64,000 nucleotides of DNA from Oikopleura dioica (Eukaryota > Animalia > Chordata), in the NCBI GenBank assembly GCA_907165135.1, contig OU015569.1, forward strand, positions 5,642,001-5,706,000. The letters run 5' to 3'. The translations under genes and the position numbers were made by a program. This document shows, in pieces, positions 44,601 through 56,236 of this stretch. The notes beneath the pieces were generated by a model that searched no databases, was not told the origin of the DNA, and saw only the letters and a list, made by a program, of their open reading frames with translations. The stretch's first letter is position 1. Each line of letters begins with the position of its first letter.

Positions 44601-47004
44601 CCTACTACAAAAGTACGCACTTAGAACCTTGTCTGTTTAGGGAAATTAAAATCCATTTCATAGAAAATAGTGTGTCTCGGATCGCGCTCGTTCTCGATCC
44701 AGGGTTTGACCACGGCTTTCTGTTTTTCGGACTTATCCATTAGCATCCATCTATCGTGATCGAAAGCTTCCCAAAACAATTTCTGTGCATCGGTGAATTT
44801 CATATCGTCCCCATCTAAAAGTTATATTTGAAACAAGGCACGTTCAATATTTGCTCGTAATCGTGTGAAATTAGCCATGCAGTAAAATTCAACAAAGGCA
44901 CCAACCCAAATTTTCGTCAAATTTTGCTAAAAATTTCAAATTTTAGAGAATTATGAGGATTTTCACCACTTTGGCCGGCGGATGTTTTGGTTTGAGCAAC
45001 TGGGGAAGTCATGATAAGTTTTATGACTGGATAGGAATCGGATTTTCTCATATAAATTTAGGCTGAGAATTTATTTAAAAGCTATCATTACTTGTGCAGG
45101 AGCATCCATTAAAAGAATATGAAAGGCCCTACATCCATGCAGCAGCGAAATATCCAAATGGGGATGCGATTTGTCGCGCGAAAACAACCGTTGTCAATGA
45201 TGACATTTTTTTGGCGGGAATTGTTAAAAATAATAAGTGCATTTTTGGATGGAATACGAAAGAAGAAACTAGCAATTTTGACCTTCTTGTACCGAATTGT
45301 GGTGATGGTAGCGAGCTCAGCTGGTTCGAAGAGAGGGATTTAGAAAGTGTGGGTGATGAAGTAAGAGTTGAGGTGAACACGCCTGGATTCTCGATTGGAA
45401 TCTGCGAGTTCAACGGCAATAATGGCTGGAAACGAGGCAAAGGGTGTATGTGGAAAACACCCGAAGCTGGTGCACAGGAAAATAACTACGAGACAAATCA
45501 TAAGATGCTCACAATTGTCGGTTGTAAGCTTCCGTCTATTTCCTTCTATGATCGAGCGCAATTCATGAAAGAAAACGAAGCTGATACTTTGATTTATGAA
45601 AATCTTCCAAGTGATGAGGCTGTCTTCATCGGTGATAACTACTCGCCCAAGTATCATACCAGGTAAAGTCTACCCTTTCTCCTATCAGTATAACCGCGAT
45701 TTATTAGACATATGAAAAAGGAAGACTCCTCTGTTCACTGGTCAACAAGTCTGTTAAAAGTTCCGTTGTGGCATGATGTTGAGGCCAGTTTCAACTTGCT
45801 GAGCTATGGCAAAGAAGACGCTGATTGGGAAGCCAAATTCGTCTGGTACAAAGGTACTCTTGAAATCGTTATAAACGATAAATAGTAATCTAGAAAGTAG
45901 CAACCCAGAACTAAAGGAGTCCGTTAAATATGAAGTCGTGAAGATTGTGCCTATTGAACGGTGAGTAAGGTCTTTGAAATCAGTACTATCCTCGTTAATT
46001 TCAAAAAGTCGGTCTTTATATTTATAAATAACAAATAAAGACTAGAAATGACACCGGAAAAATATTTAGCGAGATCAACTTTGACGTCACGAGTCCTCAG
46101 AAGATATCACTTTTTGGAAAGTACGAGTCCGAATTCGTCGCCTTAGAAGTAAAACAAACTTTGCGCGCGGATGGCAGCCGCAAACAACTTCAGTAAGGGT
46201 GTGTCAGCTATTCAAAGGCAAAGAAGACTGTTTTGGAGTAGCGAGGAAATAACGAAACTACGTAAATGTTACGTCACTAGTACAGTTTTCATCTTTGACA
46301 TCCCCAAACTCAGTATCCAAAAGTGTCAAACTTTAAAATGAACTCAGCCGCGCAAGAATGCTTTCCCCTTGGCCCAAGTCCATCGGCAAAAGTTATTTGC
46401 GATGACCATCAAAATTGCAGAACCGTTTGCAGAAGAAGATTTACAATGAAGGGGAGCTTAAAAAAGCTTCGATGCGAGGCCTGGTTCAAGAAATTCGTAT
46501 TGTCAATAGTGCACGCTGTAAACGTAAAGTGCCTAGGTGCCTACAAGTTGGTCGTATTTCTGACAGATCCGAATTAATTCCTTACAGGATTATGAGCGAG
46601 AAGTAACTTCACCCTAGCTTTAAAAAATCGTAGGTACTCTGCAACATATGAACCGCAGAAAGAATGGATTTTGGATGAGCGACTCTGATCAGCCGTTGAA
46701 TGAATTATACATGTACTTTATGCTCAATTATTTATGTATGCCGAACAATGTACCTGTTCAAGAACTCGTGAGAAAGTACAAAGGAAAGTTTTACTGCGAA
46801 ATTCTCGATTTAAATGATGAAATATTAATTTTTGCAAAACAAGTAAAGAATCCCACGACAACCTCGTTGAACCAAAAGACCCTTTTGAATAGACTTATTT
46901 AATCTCTTAGACTGTAATAAAATCTTTGCAACCGAGTTGTACTTACAATCACCGCGTACTCGCTCTATCGCGAAAAGCGAACACACCAGGAGCTGTACGT
47001 TCAT
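38601..47004 (-). CDS. Large secreted multidomain protein: signal - astacin metalloprotease - 2x LDLa - unknown region - trefoil-like - Thr-rich mucin - three-finger/Ly6-like Cys domain (house/oikosin-like candidate)
   Basis: Astacin HELIHALGFIHEHQRSDRDD and SVMHY (about 43580-43890); LDLa CPDGSDE and CILMEKVCDGRMDCDDGSDEESC; NRACG...CSLSGCCFD...RCFC; about 700 aa T/S; WCVTC...GCKKKDAC...CCEDSGCN* (stop 38601). Signal exon 46947-47004 joins in phase 1 at 44814. Single-gene continuity and exon 1 are inferred; a MITE interrupts one exon. Confidence 0.75.
39420..41510 (-). repeat. Coding Thr/Ser low-complexity tandem repeat (ACA/ACT/AGT codons) with a 792-bp higher-order duplication
   Basis: Diagnostic variants recur exactly 792 bp apart: TNTTKS (39776/40568) and TRSS (40082/40874). 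Confidence 0.95.
43899..44385. mobile_element. 487-bp hAT-type MITE (TAGGG...CCCTA, 8-bp TSD) inserted in an astacin coding exon
   Basis: TSD tctatcag at 43891-43898 and 44386-44393; about 215-bp imperfect TIRs; the flanks rejoin to ...SDYLSIADR|GGCYSYVG. Confidence 0.92.
44953..46196 (+). CDS. Probably secreted protein with two DM9/DUF3421-like repeats and a beta-rich C-terminus; probably nested in intron 1 of the astacin gene
   Basis: ORF 45094-45666 ICRAKTT...AGIVKNNKCIFGWNTKEE..FDLLV plus a second similar unit; downstream short-intron exons splice in phase to a stop at 46196; short leader MRIFTTLAGGCFG. The first intron junction is unresolved and the family call is from pattern recognition only. 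Confidence 0.6.
46338..46688 (+). CDS. Possible small Cys-containing protein of unknown function
   Basis: MNSAAQECFP...C...C...C with two 40-45-nt GT-AG intron candidates; the reading frame across them is ambiguous. Confidence 0.3.
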
Positions 47005-47305
47005 CACGTCTCTCTTTCTCTCCTTGGGAAATTCGTTGTGAGTAGAAATTTTACTATCATGAAAACCTTCGAAGCTACGAGCGCCCTCTACAATATCGAT
47101 AAGGGGACGGAGACTTTTAAGACGCGGATGCTCGGGATTATGATTTCGTAAAGGAACTGTAGAATAGGTAGAGCTAGGGTCGATGTTTTATTTACATGTT
47201 TATATAACAAATTTTGAAAGGAATTCGGAAGAAATTATGGAACTCAAAACAGAATAACAATATCTGTAAGTAAAGAAAATAGTAGTCAAGAAAAATATCA
47301 ACAAT

Positions 47306-50300
47306 TTACACTTGAACAACGAAGCCTTCGCGAGTCAGCTGTATTTGATTTTGCGCGTTTTGACTTCTAAAGTTTGGCTCGTCAATAAGACTCTGCGTTT
47401 CATCGGTGAGCGTTGAACTCTGAGTAGCTAGATCGGAGGAAAAGTGGCAGCTTTTGGGACGCAAAGAGGGATTCACCATCGGATTGCTCAGATGAGACGA
47501 GTCGCCGCGGCGGTCGATTGTGATCACCTGCCGATTGCCCTCTTTTACGATTGTCATGTTCTGAAGCAAAAAATAAGTTTCAATGGAAAATTCATGTTCT
47601 CACCTCGTATTCGTCAATACTCCTATCCCACATATGTCCAAAGGTGCCATGCGAGCTCTCAACGAATTCTTTCGGCGGGACTCTCCTTCGAACAAGAAAA
47701 ATGACGCATAACGAGCATAAGACGACGAGCATGACGAGAGACGCTCCGATTAAAATGCCAAACCACATCTCCCAAGAAGGTTCTTCGGATGAGCGCTCCT
47801 CAATGATTTCTCCATCGATGGTATCTTCATAAAATATCTCGGACTCTTTGACCAGAGTTTCGCTTGTTGGCTTTGCAGGCTCCCAATCAGCTATAAACTC
47901 GAAATTTTAAACTCGCAAAAAAGAAGTTAGAACAGGCGTCCAATTCAATGTTATCGTTCTAAATTACCTGAACGGACATGAATAGCAAATCTGATGTTGT
48001 GGGACCTGCACAAGCCACCATCCGAGTTGATCTCTTCGATATCTTCAAGTTCTCTTCCGTAATTTGGCACGATAAAGTAGTACGTTTCTCCTTCCTCAAA
48101 CAATAAGCTTCCGGGAAGCGCGCTGAAGCTCTGAATGATCAAATCAGTTCGCTTATTTGAGCAAATGAACATTAACGGGGCGATATATTCTTATTTCTGT
48201 CAAGTTTGCGAAGTTCGTTTGTATACAATTAACTTACTGTTGCTTTGATGGTGAACTTTTTTTCGTAATTCGGCACTGTGCATCTGATTATTCGCTTGCT
48301 TGTGCTTCCATTTATCGAACAGTTGTCGTATCCGTCTTTATCAACGGCCCAAAGAGTCAGAAAAAGCGGATTCTCGCTATTTAGAGTCTCTTCGAAGGTG
48401 TCGACCAAAGGACAAAAGATGTCGATCTTGTCTCCCAGCTCGATATTCAGTTCCATATCCCCATAGAAGCTTAAATAGACGGTGAACTTTCAGAAGGAAG
48501 ATAAAAAAGAGCCAATTGATAAATAGAGTAATAGAGCGTTTGTTTGAAAATTGTCACAAAGTTTAGATAGACTCCATCAAACACGGTTCTGCAAATGGAA
48601 TATGTGACATGTACACTGTCTTATAACTCTTTCTGGAGCAAGTAAAATCGCGTGATTCAGGAATAATTTTGTGTTAGAACGAAGATTATTGTCAATGATG
48701 ACTACTGGTGAGTTAGGGATAATATGCGGCAAGAGCTGTAGCGGGCACGTATTAAAAGTGATAAGGATGATAAGGCGCGACGGAAAGAGTGGATGATCCG
48801 CTGAGGAAAACGCATTAGAAACTCTCTCGGCCCCGGATTATGTACAATTATAAGATGCTGATGATAGTATGGCCTTAAACTGATGATACAGTTCTTCTTC
48901 TACCATTTTCGATTGTCAATTTGACAGTTGGCAAACGCTAGATATCGTCTAACGTCTTCAAGCCACACTTGATATTAAGGTATCATGCATGAAAAACACG
49001 GTATAAAATCTTTGGTCTCAACTTAATAATGGAAGTGGGATCCTTATCGGCGAATAGAACGGGAATTGAAATCAAAGAGGAACACGTTGTTCAGTATTTT
49101 TTGACATGAGTGCTGTCAAGGTGAGTCTGATGAAGCAGGTGCATTCTCTGCTTTGAACTATCGTCTGATCAAGCATAATACCCCCGCCCATCGGATATAC
49201 GCTACTTTGATTTGCCATTGCAAACAATGAAAACATCGTCATGCCAATACTAGAATGGCTCGATTCAAGCGAGTCAGAAGTTTTGGAGTATCATCAGCTT
49301 TTCAAAAACGTAAGCTCGTTCTTTTTTTCCCGGGCCCTTAATTAAGGCAGGCTCAAATACTCCTCTGTTGTCGTAAAACTCGCGGCCTTATTGACAGAAA
49401 GTGCTTGAGAAATATGGACAAGTGCTGAGCACTTGAGGGGGCACAAGCTGCGCACGATGATGGTCTTTTCATCATTCCGACCATGTAAATCAAATTCTGT
49501 GCGTTTCGTTGTGTTTCCATAATAGTTCGTTCTCAGCAAATCTGGCGAACTCGGCCACAAAAATTTTCAAAGAAAGAAGATACACAAAAGCGTGTCAAAA
49601 CTTCTTGGCCCGAAATGCTAGAAAGAGCGCATAAGTAAACTTTTGCTGTGTGTGCCTAATAATTGGTCAGAAGATGTGCGCCGATGGCAACATGAGTTTG
49701 CCGTAGGAGTGTGACATACTCCCCCTTTGATGTTGTTTGTAGAAGCTCAAGAAAATATTTGCTCCATGCTGTCAGCGCGGATTTACTTGTTTTAAATGGC
49801 AAACAACAAGAGCGATTTAGGCACACACGCATTGCGCCCTTGAGTAACATCTGCCGTAGCGCATCGTAGCTGGGAATTCTTCATTTGCTTTGTAAGTCCC
49901 CTTATCAATTATCGCCGCCTTATCATGACGCCTGCGCTAGTTTTATGAAATAGCTCCGGGAATCAAGGAAGAGTACTATTCATGTGTTCTCATTTCCCGC
50001 AGACGTCCCTTGCAAATCACCTCTGGCACTAGAAAAGCCTAGTCCGCTTGATAGAGAGCCACATCGAAAATGTGACATTTGTTATTCCATGTGCTCGAGA
50101 AAGTGCCGCCGTGCTGGCTGGAGCGAAAATGAAAACCAAATAAATTTAATTTAAAAATCGTGAAAACTCGATGGGCCCGTCGCACGCGAAATGCCAGGCA
50201 CACAATTACTTTCCATTGATGGTTTAATTAAGGCCCACAGGTCAACGTTCCTTCTGTGAGCTCTGCTTTTGTTATCTGCTGGACAAGCTGCATAAAAGAT

Positions 50301-51589
50301 TTGCAGGCGCTTAAAAGATCCATCAGCAGGAACAAACTTTCAGCTCCCGAGAGAATAGTTTTGCCTGCTGAGATGTCGCTTTGCCTTGCGCGGCGGAAAC
50401 GATGGCTCAAGAACATCCGGTACTAATATTTACACTCAGGTTGATAAAAACGTGCCCAAATTGCCCGTAAGTGTGGCCCAAGTTTTCGAGTATCAAGCTA
50501 CCGAGGTTTGTGCAGCGAAGCCAAAGCGGAAGTTATAAGTCGATAAAAAACGCTCGAGAGCTGCAACCGAAACAATACAGCACTGCTCTATTTTCTTTCA
50601 GACAATAATTGCTTTCGATAAAGAAGAACTTTTCGAAGAATACGCGCGAATGCCTTTTTATAAAGAGGCGGTAATAATTATCTTCTTATATCAGAAGTCT
50701 AAAGAGAACGAATCGGCCCGGATATTCTGGCGCTAAGTATATTATTCTTTCATTGCCAGCGGATTTTTATTCAGCACTGGGAAAGACGTAAAAAGTTATT
50801 GCAGCTTTAGCTTAGCTAGGCAAATACAGCATCTTCAATTGCGTGAAGTGTGTGTGAGTTCGCGCTGTGTTATTGACAGTATCCGTGCGAATAAAACTCT
50901 GCAAAAATACGGAGAGATAATCTCGAGATTATTCCCACGTTTGGGGAATAGAATGTGAACCTTCACAGTTGAAGACGATAGCCTCTGAAGTCGTCACATT
51001 CTCATACTTTTCGCGAAAACATTAAATTTGATAAGAAAAGTGCGCATAATTTTAAGTTGATTCAACAGAAAAGAAGAGTATTTTGAACTCTTTGAGTTCT
51101 GCATGGATTAAGCTCACATACAGTAAGTCATACAGTATTGAGTGAGTCTTACTTTACTGGGAGGAGAGCATTTGCGGATTCAGATTTAGGATCTTATTAG
51201 CCATTGAATAATTTATAACGTATGCGAGATAAGCGAAGTGATCTCTTGATCTCATCAGAGTTAATCTTCTCCTGTATTCTCTGTATCCACCCATGGCAAA
51301 ATCGATTACTCTGTGCAGCATGAAAGTTCGATTAAGATTTTAAGAACGCAATCTCAGCGAAAAAAAGATCAAAAATAAATATTCGGGTAACGAAAAAAAA
51401 ACTATGATTATTATGAAGTTTCGCACTAATTTATGATTGTTATATTCTACTAGTAGTCTTTGGATTTAAATTTTTGACGGATAAAAACACTCAAAAATAC
51501 CTGGGATTTGTTGTGTTCAAGAAGATCTTCTTGGGCTCATCGCTGCGGGCACAGACAAGACCCGAGGATATGAGGAGCGCTAGAATCAT
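47306..51589 (-). CDS. EFNB: Ephrin-B-type (transmembrane) ephrin
   Basis: Signal exon 51501-51589 MILALLISSGLVCA...KIFLNTTNP|SFYGDMELNIELGDKIDIFCP...GYDNC...C..P..EKKFTIK...FEEGETYYFI...GGLC; TM WFGILIGASLVMLVVLCSLCVIFLVRRR; tail ends FVVQV*. First intron about 3 kb. Confidence 0.9.
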
Positions 51590-54500
51590 TGTCTTCTGTG
51601 GCGTCTTCGCGCTGGAGTATCTCTATCTGCCTAGGACAGTATGAAGAAGCTTATCAATTATGATGGTTCTCTTTGCGTGCTTTATGATTTCTTGCTCTTT
51701 AGCGATGAAGTGCTCTTCTTTTCTTTCTCCGCTCTCGCGCCCGCCAGTGGCGTGTTTGTTTTGCACTAACACCAAGTTGGGCAAGCCGCGAGGGAGGTAA
51801 ACAGCACAACCGATCCCAAATCAAATCTGAAATCAAAACAAGTCAATGTCCGGTTACTCAACTGAATCCGCCCTTGCAACCCTTAATCCCTCCAAAAAAT
51901 CGAGGTCAGAAAAATTCTAACCTTTTGAAAGCCTCTAAGAAATTTAGACCAATTCGGGATGTTCCAATGTGCCGAAAGAGTTCTCTATCGTGATCAAATT
52001 CTAGCGATAGACATAAACAACTTTTTTAAAATCAAGCTGAACAGTTTTGTCGAAATCTGGCAAAGAGCGAAAAAAGAAGCATTGGTGCCCTGTTTATCAT
52101 AAAAGGGACGTAATGAGCCAACAAGTTTGTTTGGCATAATTACGGAAGTTTAGGATTTAAAACTTCTAAATCAAAATCGAAACGGACTACATGAAAAATC
52201 CTATTAAGAATGTTTACCGATTGTTTTTAAATAATTCTTTTTATGTTATAAAATGGTATTTTTGTAAAAAAGTGTTTGCAGTTTCTCTGATGATTGTGTT
52301 GTTTTTGCTTTTTGAAAATAGAGGCTCGAGTGGTTATTTTCTGATATGAGACGCATTAGTACGTTGATGATTGACAGGTTAAAAGTTGGATGGACGCAGC
52401 TGAAAGCGACCGTACCCAATGGACAGGAACTAATGGAAACTCGTCATGCTCGGACACACTCTCTAGAGTAAGCTACTGTAACTACAGAAACACAGCCGGC
52501 TATTCTCTGTCTCTCTGAAATTCTTGCGTTACTCAATTAGAGAACTGGACGTGTGAAAGGCCATAATTACAGTGGGAGGAAGGGGATGGAAATTATTTCC
52601 GCGTCGGTGCCCTGTCTCGCCGCCGATCTAGGTCACAAGTGCCAGAGCTTGAGCACGAGGCCACCTTATCACCGGAAATCGAGTCTACAATCTCTCAAGG
52701 GTGTCCAATCTCAAATTACCCAATCAAGACTAATTTTCCAATTGGCTTTTCCGAGAAGAGGAATTCAAATCTTCAAGAGCTAAGATTTCAAGTCCTCAAT
52801 CTTGGGCACGGAGAAGCGACTGTAAATTGAATTCGACGCGGCTGGAATTGAGTAATTAGCGCCTGTCCCTTTGGAATTGAGCTGACAAGGAATAGATAAT
52901 TTCTTTCTAATAGATTGGGCAATTAGAAAACACACGTACATGTGCTGGCGATGTTTGCTAGCCGGGGAGCATGTCAGCCACCGATTCCATTTACATTATT
53001 GAAGAGGCTAAATTAGTGACTGAGGAGTCCAATGAATTTTCAGAATGTCTCGTAAGGACATTGCTGAAATGGACTCACCTTTCACTTGTCTGTCTTTATT
53101 CGCAAACACAGTGTCTCAACTGTCATTTACAATTCAATCGGGGTACTTTAGGGGCTCAAATTTATATTTAAGAAGTTCAACTTTGAACGATGTCTTGAAA
53201 TTTGTTCAAATCTCTTTTTCATATACTCAGTGACTGAACTTCAGTAGCTGTGAAATATTCCGTCGTCGATGAATAACGCGGCACCCAAAAAGATGAACTT
53301 TTAATAACGAAAATGGGTCTGTGTGACCCAGAAAAAAGTTCCTGCATATCAAAGGATAACAAATACAGAATCTGTCTCCGTCAGGTCTAGCTAACTCGCT
53401 GCTTGTTAAACTGTTTTCTAGCACGCTCTCTTCTCGAATAATTACAAATAAGCTACATGGCGGTTGATCAAAAACATGCGAACTATGCGCTGGCAGCTAC
53501 TTCCACTTTTTGACATGCAAATACGGAATTCAAGCGCGTTTCTAGTCCTGTGAATAGTGAGCCAAATATATCAAAGTGCTTATTGAGATTCTTCATCTTT
53601 GCTAGCAAATAACGATGAGACTATTATTGACTGTGAAATTTTCGAATTGATGATGATTTTTACAGGCTGTGAATATTGCGCGTGCCAGTTCCGGAATTTC
53701 CCCTGTTTTTAATACTTCCTCTTGGGAAGGTCTTCTCCCAGCCGCTCTTGGATTTTTTTGATTACTGTGAATATTCTCTAGGAAGTTCAATCTCATGAAG
53801 TTAGAATAGAGTTCTTGAAGACTGCACGAAAAAGTTATCTGAGAATGGACTGAATATATTTTGACTGATGCCCGATATTTTGAGTGAATATATCTTAACT
53901 GTTTCTAAAGTAGAAACGCGCCTAGTCTAACCCGTGAAAGCCTATCTATCAAATATTTATCTGAAGTCGTTTTTTCGAATTATTACGGGCAATTTTCAGA
54001 GAATAAAAACAATAAACACTTTCCTCAAGAGGATGCACAAATATCGAAATTAAAGAAAAACTTACGATTGCAGCTGCGCCCTTCTAATAAATTTTTCGAA
54101 ATAATACCCTTTGGTTTAAGATCCGTGCACCGTATTCTCTCGCATAATGAATTTTCAATCTCATCTATACTGTAGCTGCTACATTATCGCGCGGTAACAC
54201 ATGCAATATGAATGTTTCTACTTTCAAGGCGGAATAAACTTACTGCTCATCATATGCGAATTTCAATAATTAACCAGATTATCATCAATATTCAACAGAT
54301 TAAAAGCGAAAGTTATTATCGATTCGCTAAGCAACCCTTCCGGTTTTGGGCAAGTGCCAAACGGTTAGAAAATCTGACGAAAGATTAATGCGTTTTCGAG
54401 GTTCTCTAGGATTTCTTTCAAAACTTTGCTCTCTTGCCCATCGGATCGATACTGCATATGGGCGGTTTTTTTCTGCGTGATGCAAATTTGCCTTTTGAGA

Positions 54501-55110
54501 CTTTTCACTCTCTGAAAAACGCCACATGGGTCCTCCTTTGTCCATGTATTTGCGTCAACTCCTGTAGCACTCACCTAGGTTAGAAGCTCTTCTTTACTTT
54601 TGTTATTTGCTCTCACTCATGTACTCGAGTGCAGTTTAAAATGTGGCTTACAGGAAAGTACCGATCGGTCGCTCATTTGTGAATAATTCACTTTTCATTG
54701 AGCAACTTTCCCTGAATAATTAATCGTCGGCCACTCATTCCTCCTTTTTTTCTGAAAAGAATTTCTGATCAGCCAAGGCCGATATTCCCTCTTTTCATTG
54801 AGATCCTTCCTCGCTGCCGTTAATTATTCACTCTGGTACTTTTGTTTTCCTGCTTAATGTAACTTTCAATAGGAATCATAGAGGAGCATCAATCGATCAG
54901 ATTCGGGAACCCCAGTGTTTGTTGCGGCCGTTTCGCTTTTTATGAGCTGCCTTATTAAATAGCACATTCGATCTTGTCGTGCTAGTTTATGAATGCCAAG
55001 CACGGAAACTCCTTCCCATCTAATGCCCGAAACTTGAATGGAGCGAAACTGAAACTGACTTTTTGAAACGGACTTTTTGAATCGAGCGGAAGCTATGACA
55101 CAGCGCTTAA

Positions 55111-55866
55111 GGGTAAAACATGAAATCGGCGCGGCGCGGCCGCCCGTTCAGCGCCCCGCCGTGACCTATTTTTCAGAGGCCCGTCAAATCTGAACGGAGA
55201 GAGTATTTTTCATAATTTTTTTTGCGTTAAGATTATCAAAGCCTGCACTTTCATCAGGACAATTTTGAAAAGAATCGTGAGCGTAGAAGTAAGAAAAAAT
55301 GGGATGACTTGCTCAAAGTCTATCTCCTCCCACAATTTTCGTCCGATTTTTCCCAAATTAAAACCATTTTGTAGAGCTCCGTCTACTCTACAAATTCGTA
55401 GACTAACTTTTTTATTTTTAATTATATAGATTTTAGACGGAGTTTTGAAATGAGCGCTCTCGCTCCGCGGCCGCCTTTTTCACGCGCTGCGCTGCTGCGA
55501 ATGCCTTTTTTCGAGGGAGCGCTCATTTCCAAGCTGCGTCTAAAAATCTATAAAATTTAAATTTGAAAAGCTAGTCTACGAATTTGTAGAGTAGACGGAG
55601 CTCTACAAAATGGTTTTAATTTGGGAAAAATCGGACGAAAATTGTGGGAGGAGATAGACTTTGAGCAAGTCATCCCATTTTTTCTTACTTCTACGCTCAC
55701 GATTCTTTTCAAAATTGTCCTGATGAAAGTGCAGGCTTTGATAATCTTAACGCAAAAAAAATTATGAAAAATACTCTCTCCGTTCAGATTTGACGGGCCT
55801 CTGAAAAATAGGTCACGGCGGGGCGCTGAACGGGCGGCCGCGGCGCGCCGATTTCATGTTTTACCC
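55111..55866. mobile_element. 756-bp palindromic MITE with about 300-bp near-perfect TIRs (GGGTAAAAC) and TTAA TSD
   Basis: TTAA at 55107-55110 and 55867-55870; 55111-about 55405 is almost exactly complementary to about 55572-55866. Confidence 0.93.
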
Positions 55867-56236
55867 TTAATGACGTCTGGGACTCTCGATTCTCGACGGG
55901 AGCTGTATTTGTCTCCAACAGCAGTCACACCTGCAGCACCCTTAGCTAGACACTTAAGCAGATCTGAAAATCACACGGATGCTGCTTTTCTAACTATCAG
56001 ACTTACAGAACTAGTCTGTCTGGAACATTACCTACAGTAGTAGTTGTTGGTCTTCTATCTTTGCTTGAAATTTGCACAGCCCTTTTTCATAGGCCAGCGC
56101 TGAATACGACGTAGTACCGAAAAATGAAAGTTAAGAAATGGAGCTAAATCATCACTTTAATTACAAAAATATTTATTAGTTGTGCAAGTAATATCTGGGC
56201 AGTTTTTATAATTAGGTTAATTTTAAATAAATTTCT

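Noticed and set aside
52553-54574. Coding-looking fragments upstream of ephrin (e.g. PELEHEATLSPEIE, TWTKEDPCGVFQRV, EEVLKTGEIPELARAIF)
   Set aside because: I could not join them into a consistent spliced gene or assign a family; they may be an unrecognised gene or a decayed element and need RNA-seq.
55669-55681. tcatcccattttt matches part of the Oikopleura spliced-leader sequence as I recall it
   Set aside because: Only 13 nt, inside a MITE arm, with no SL donor or Sm site; compatible with chance.
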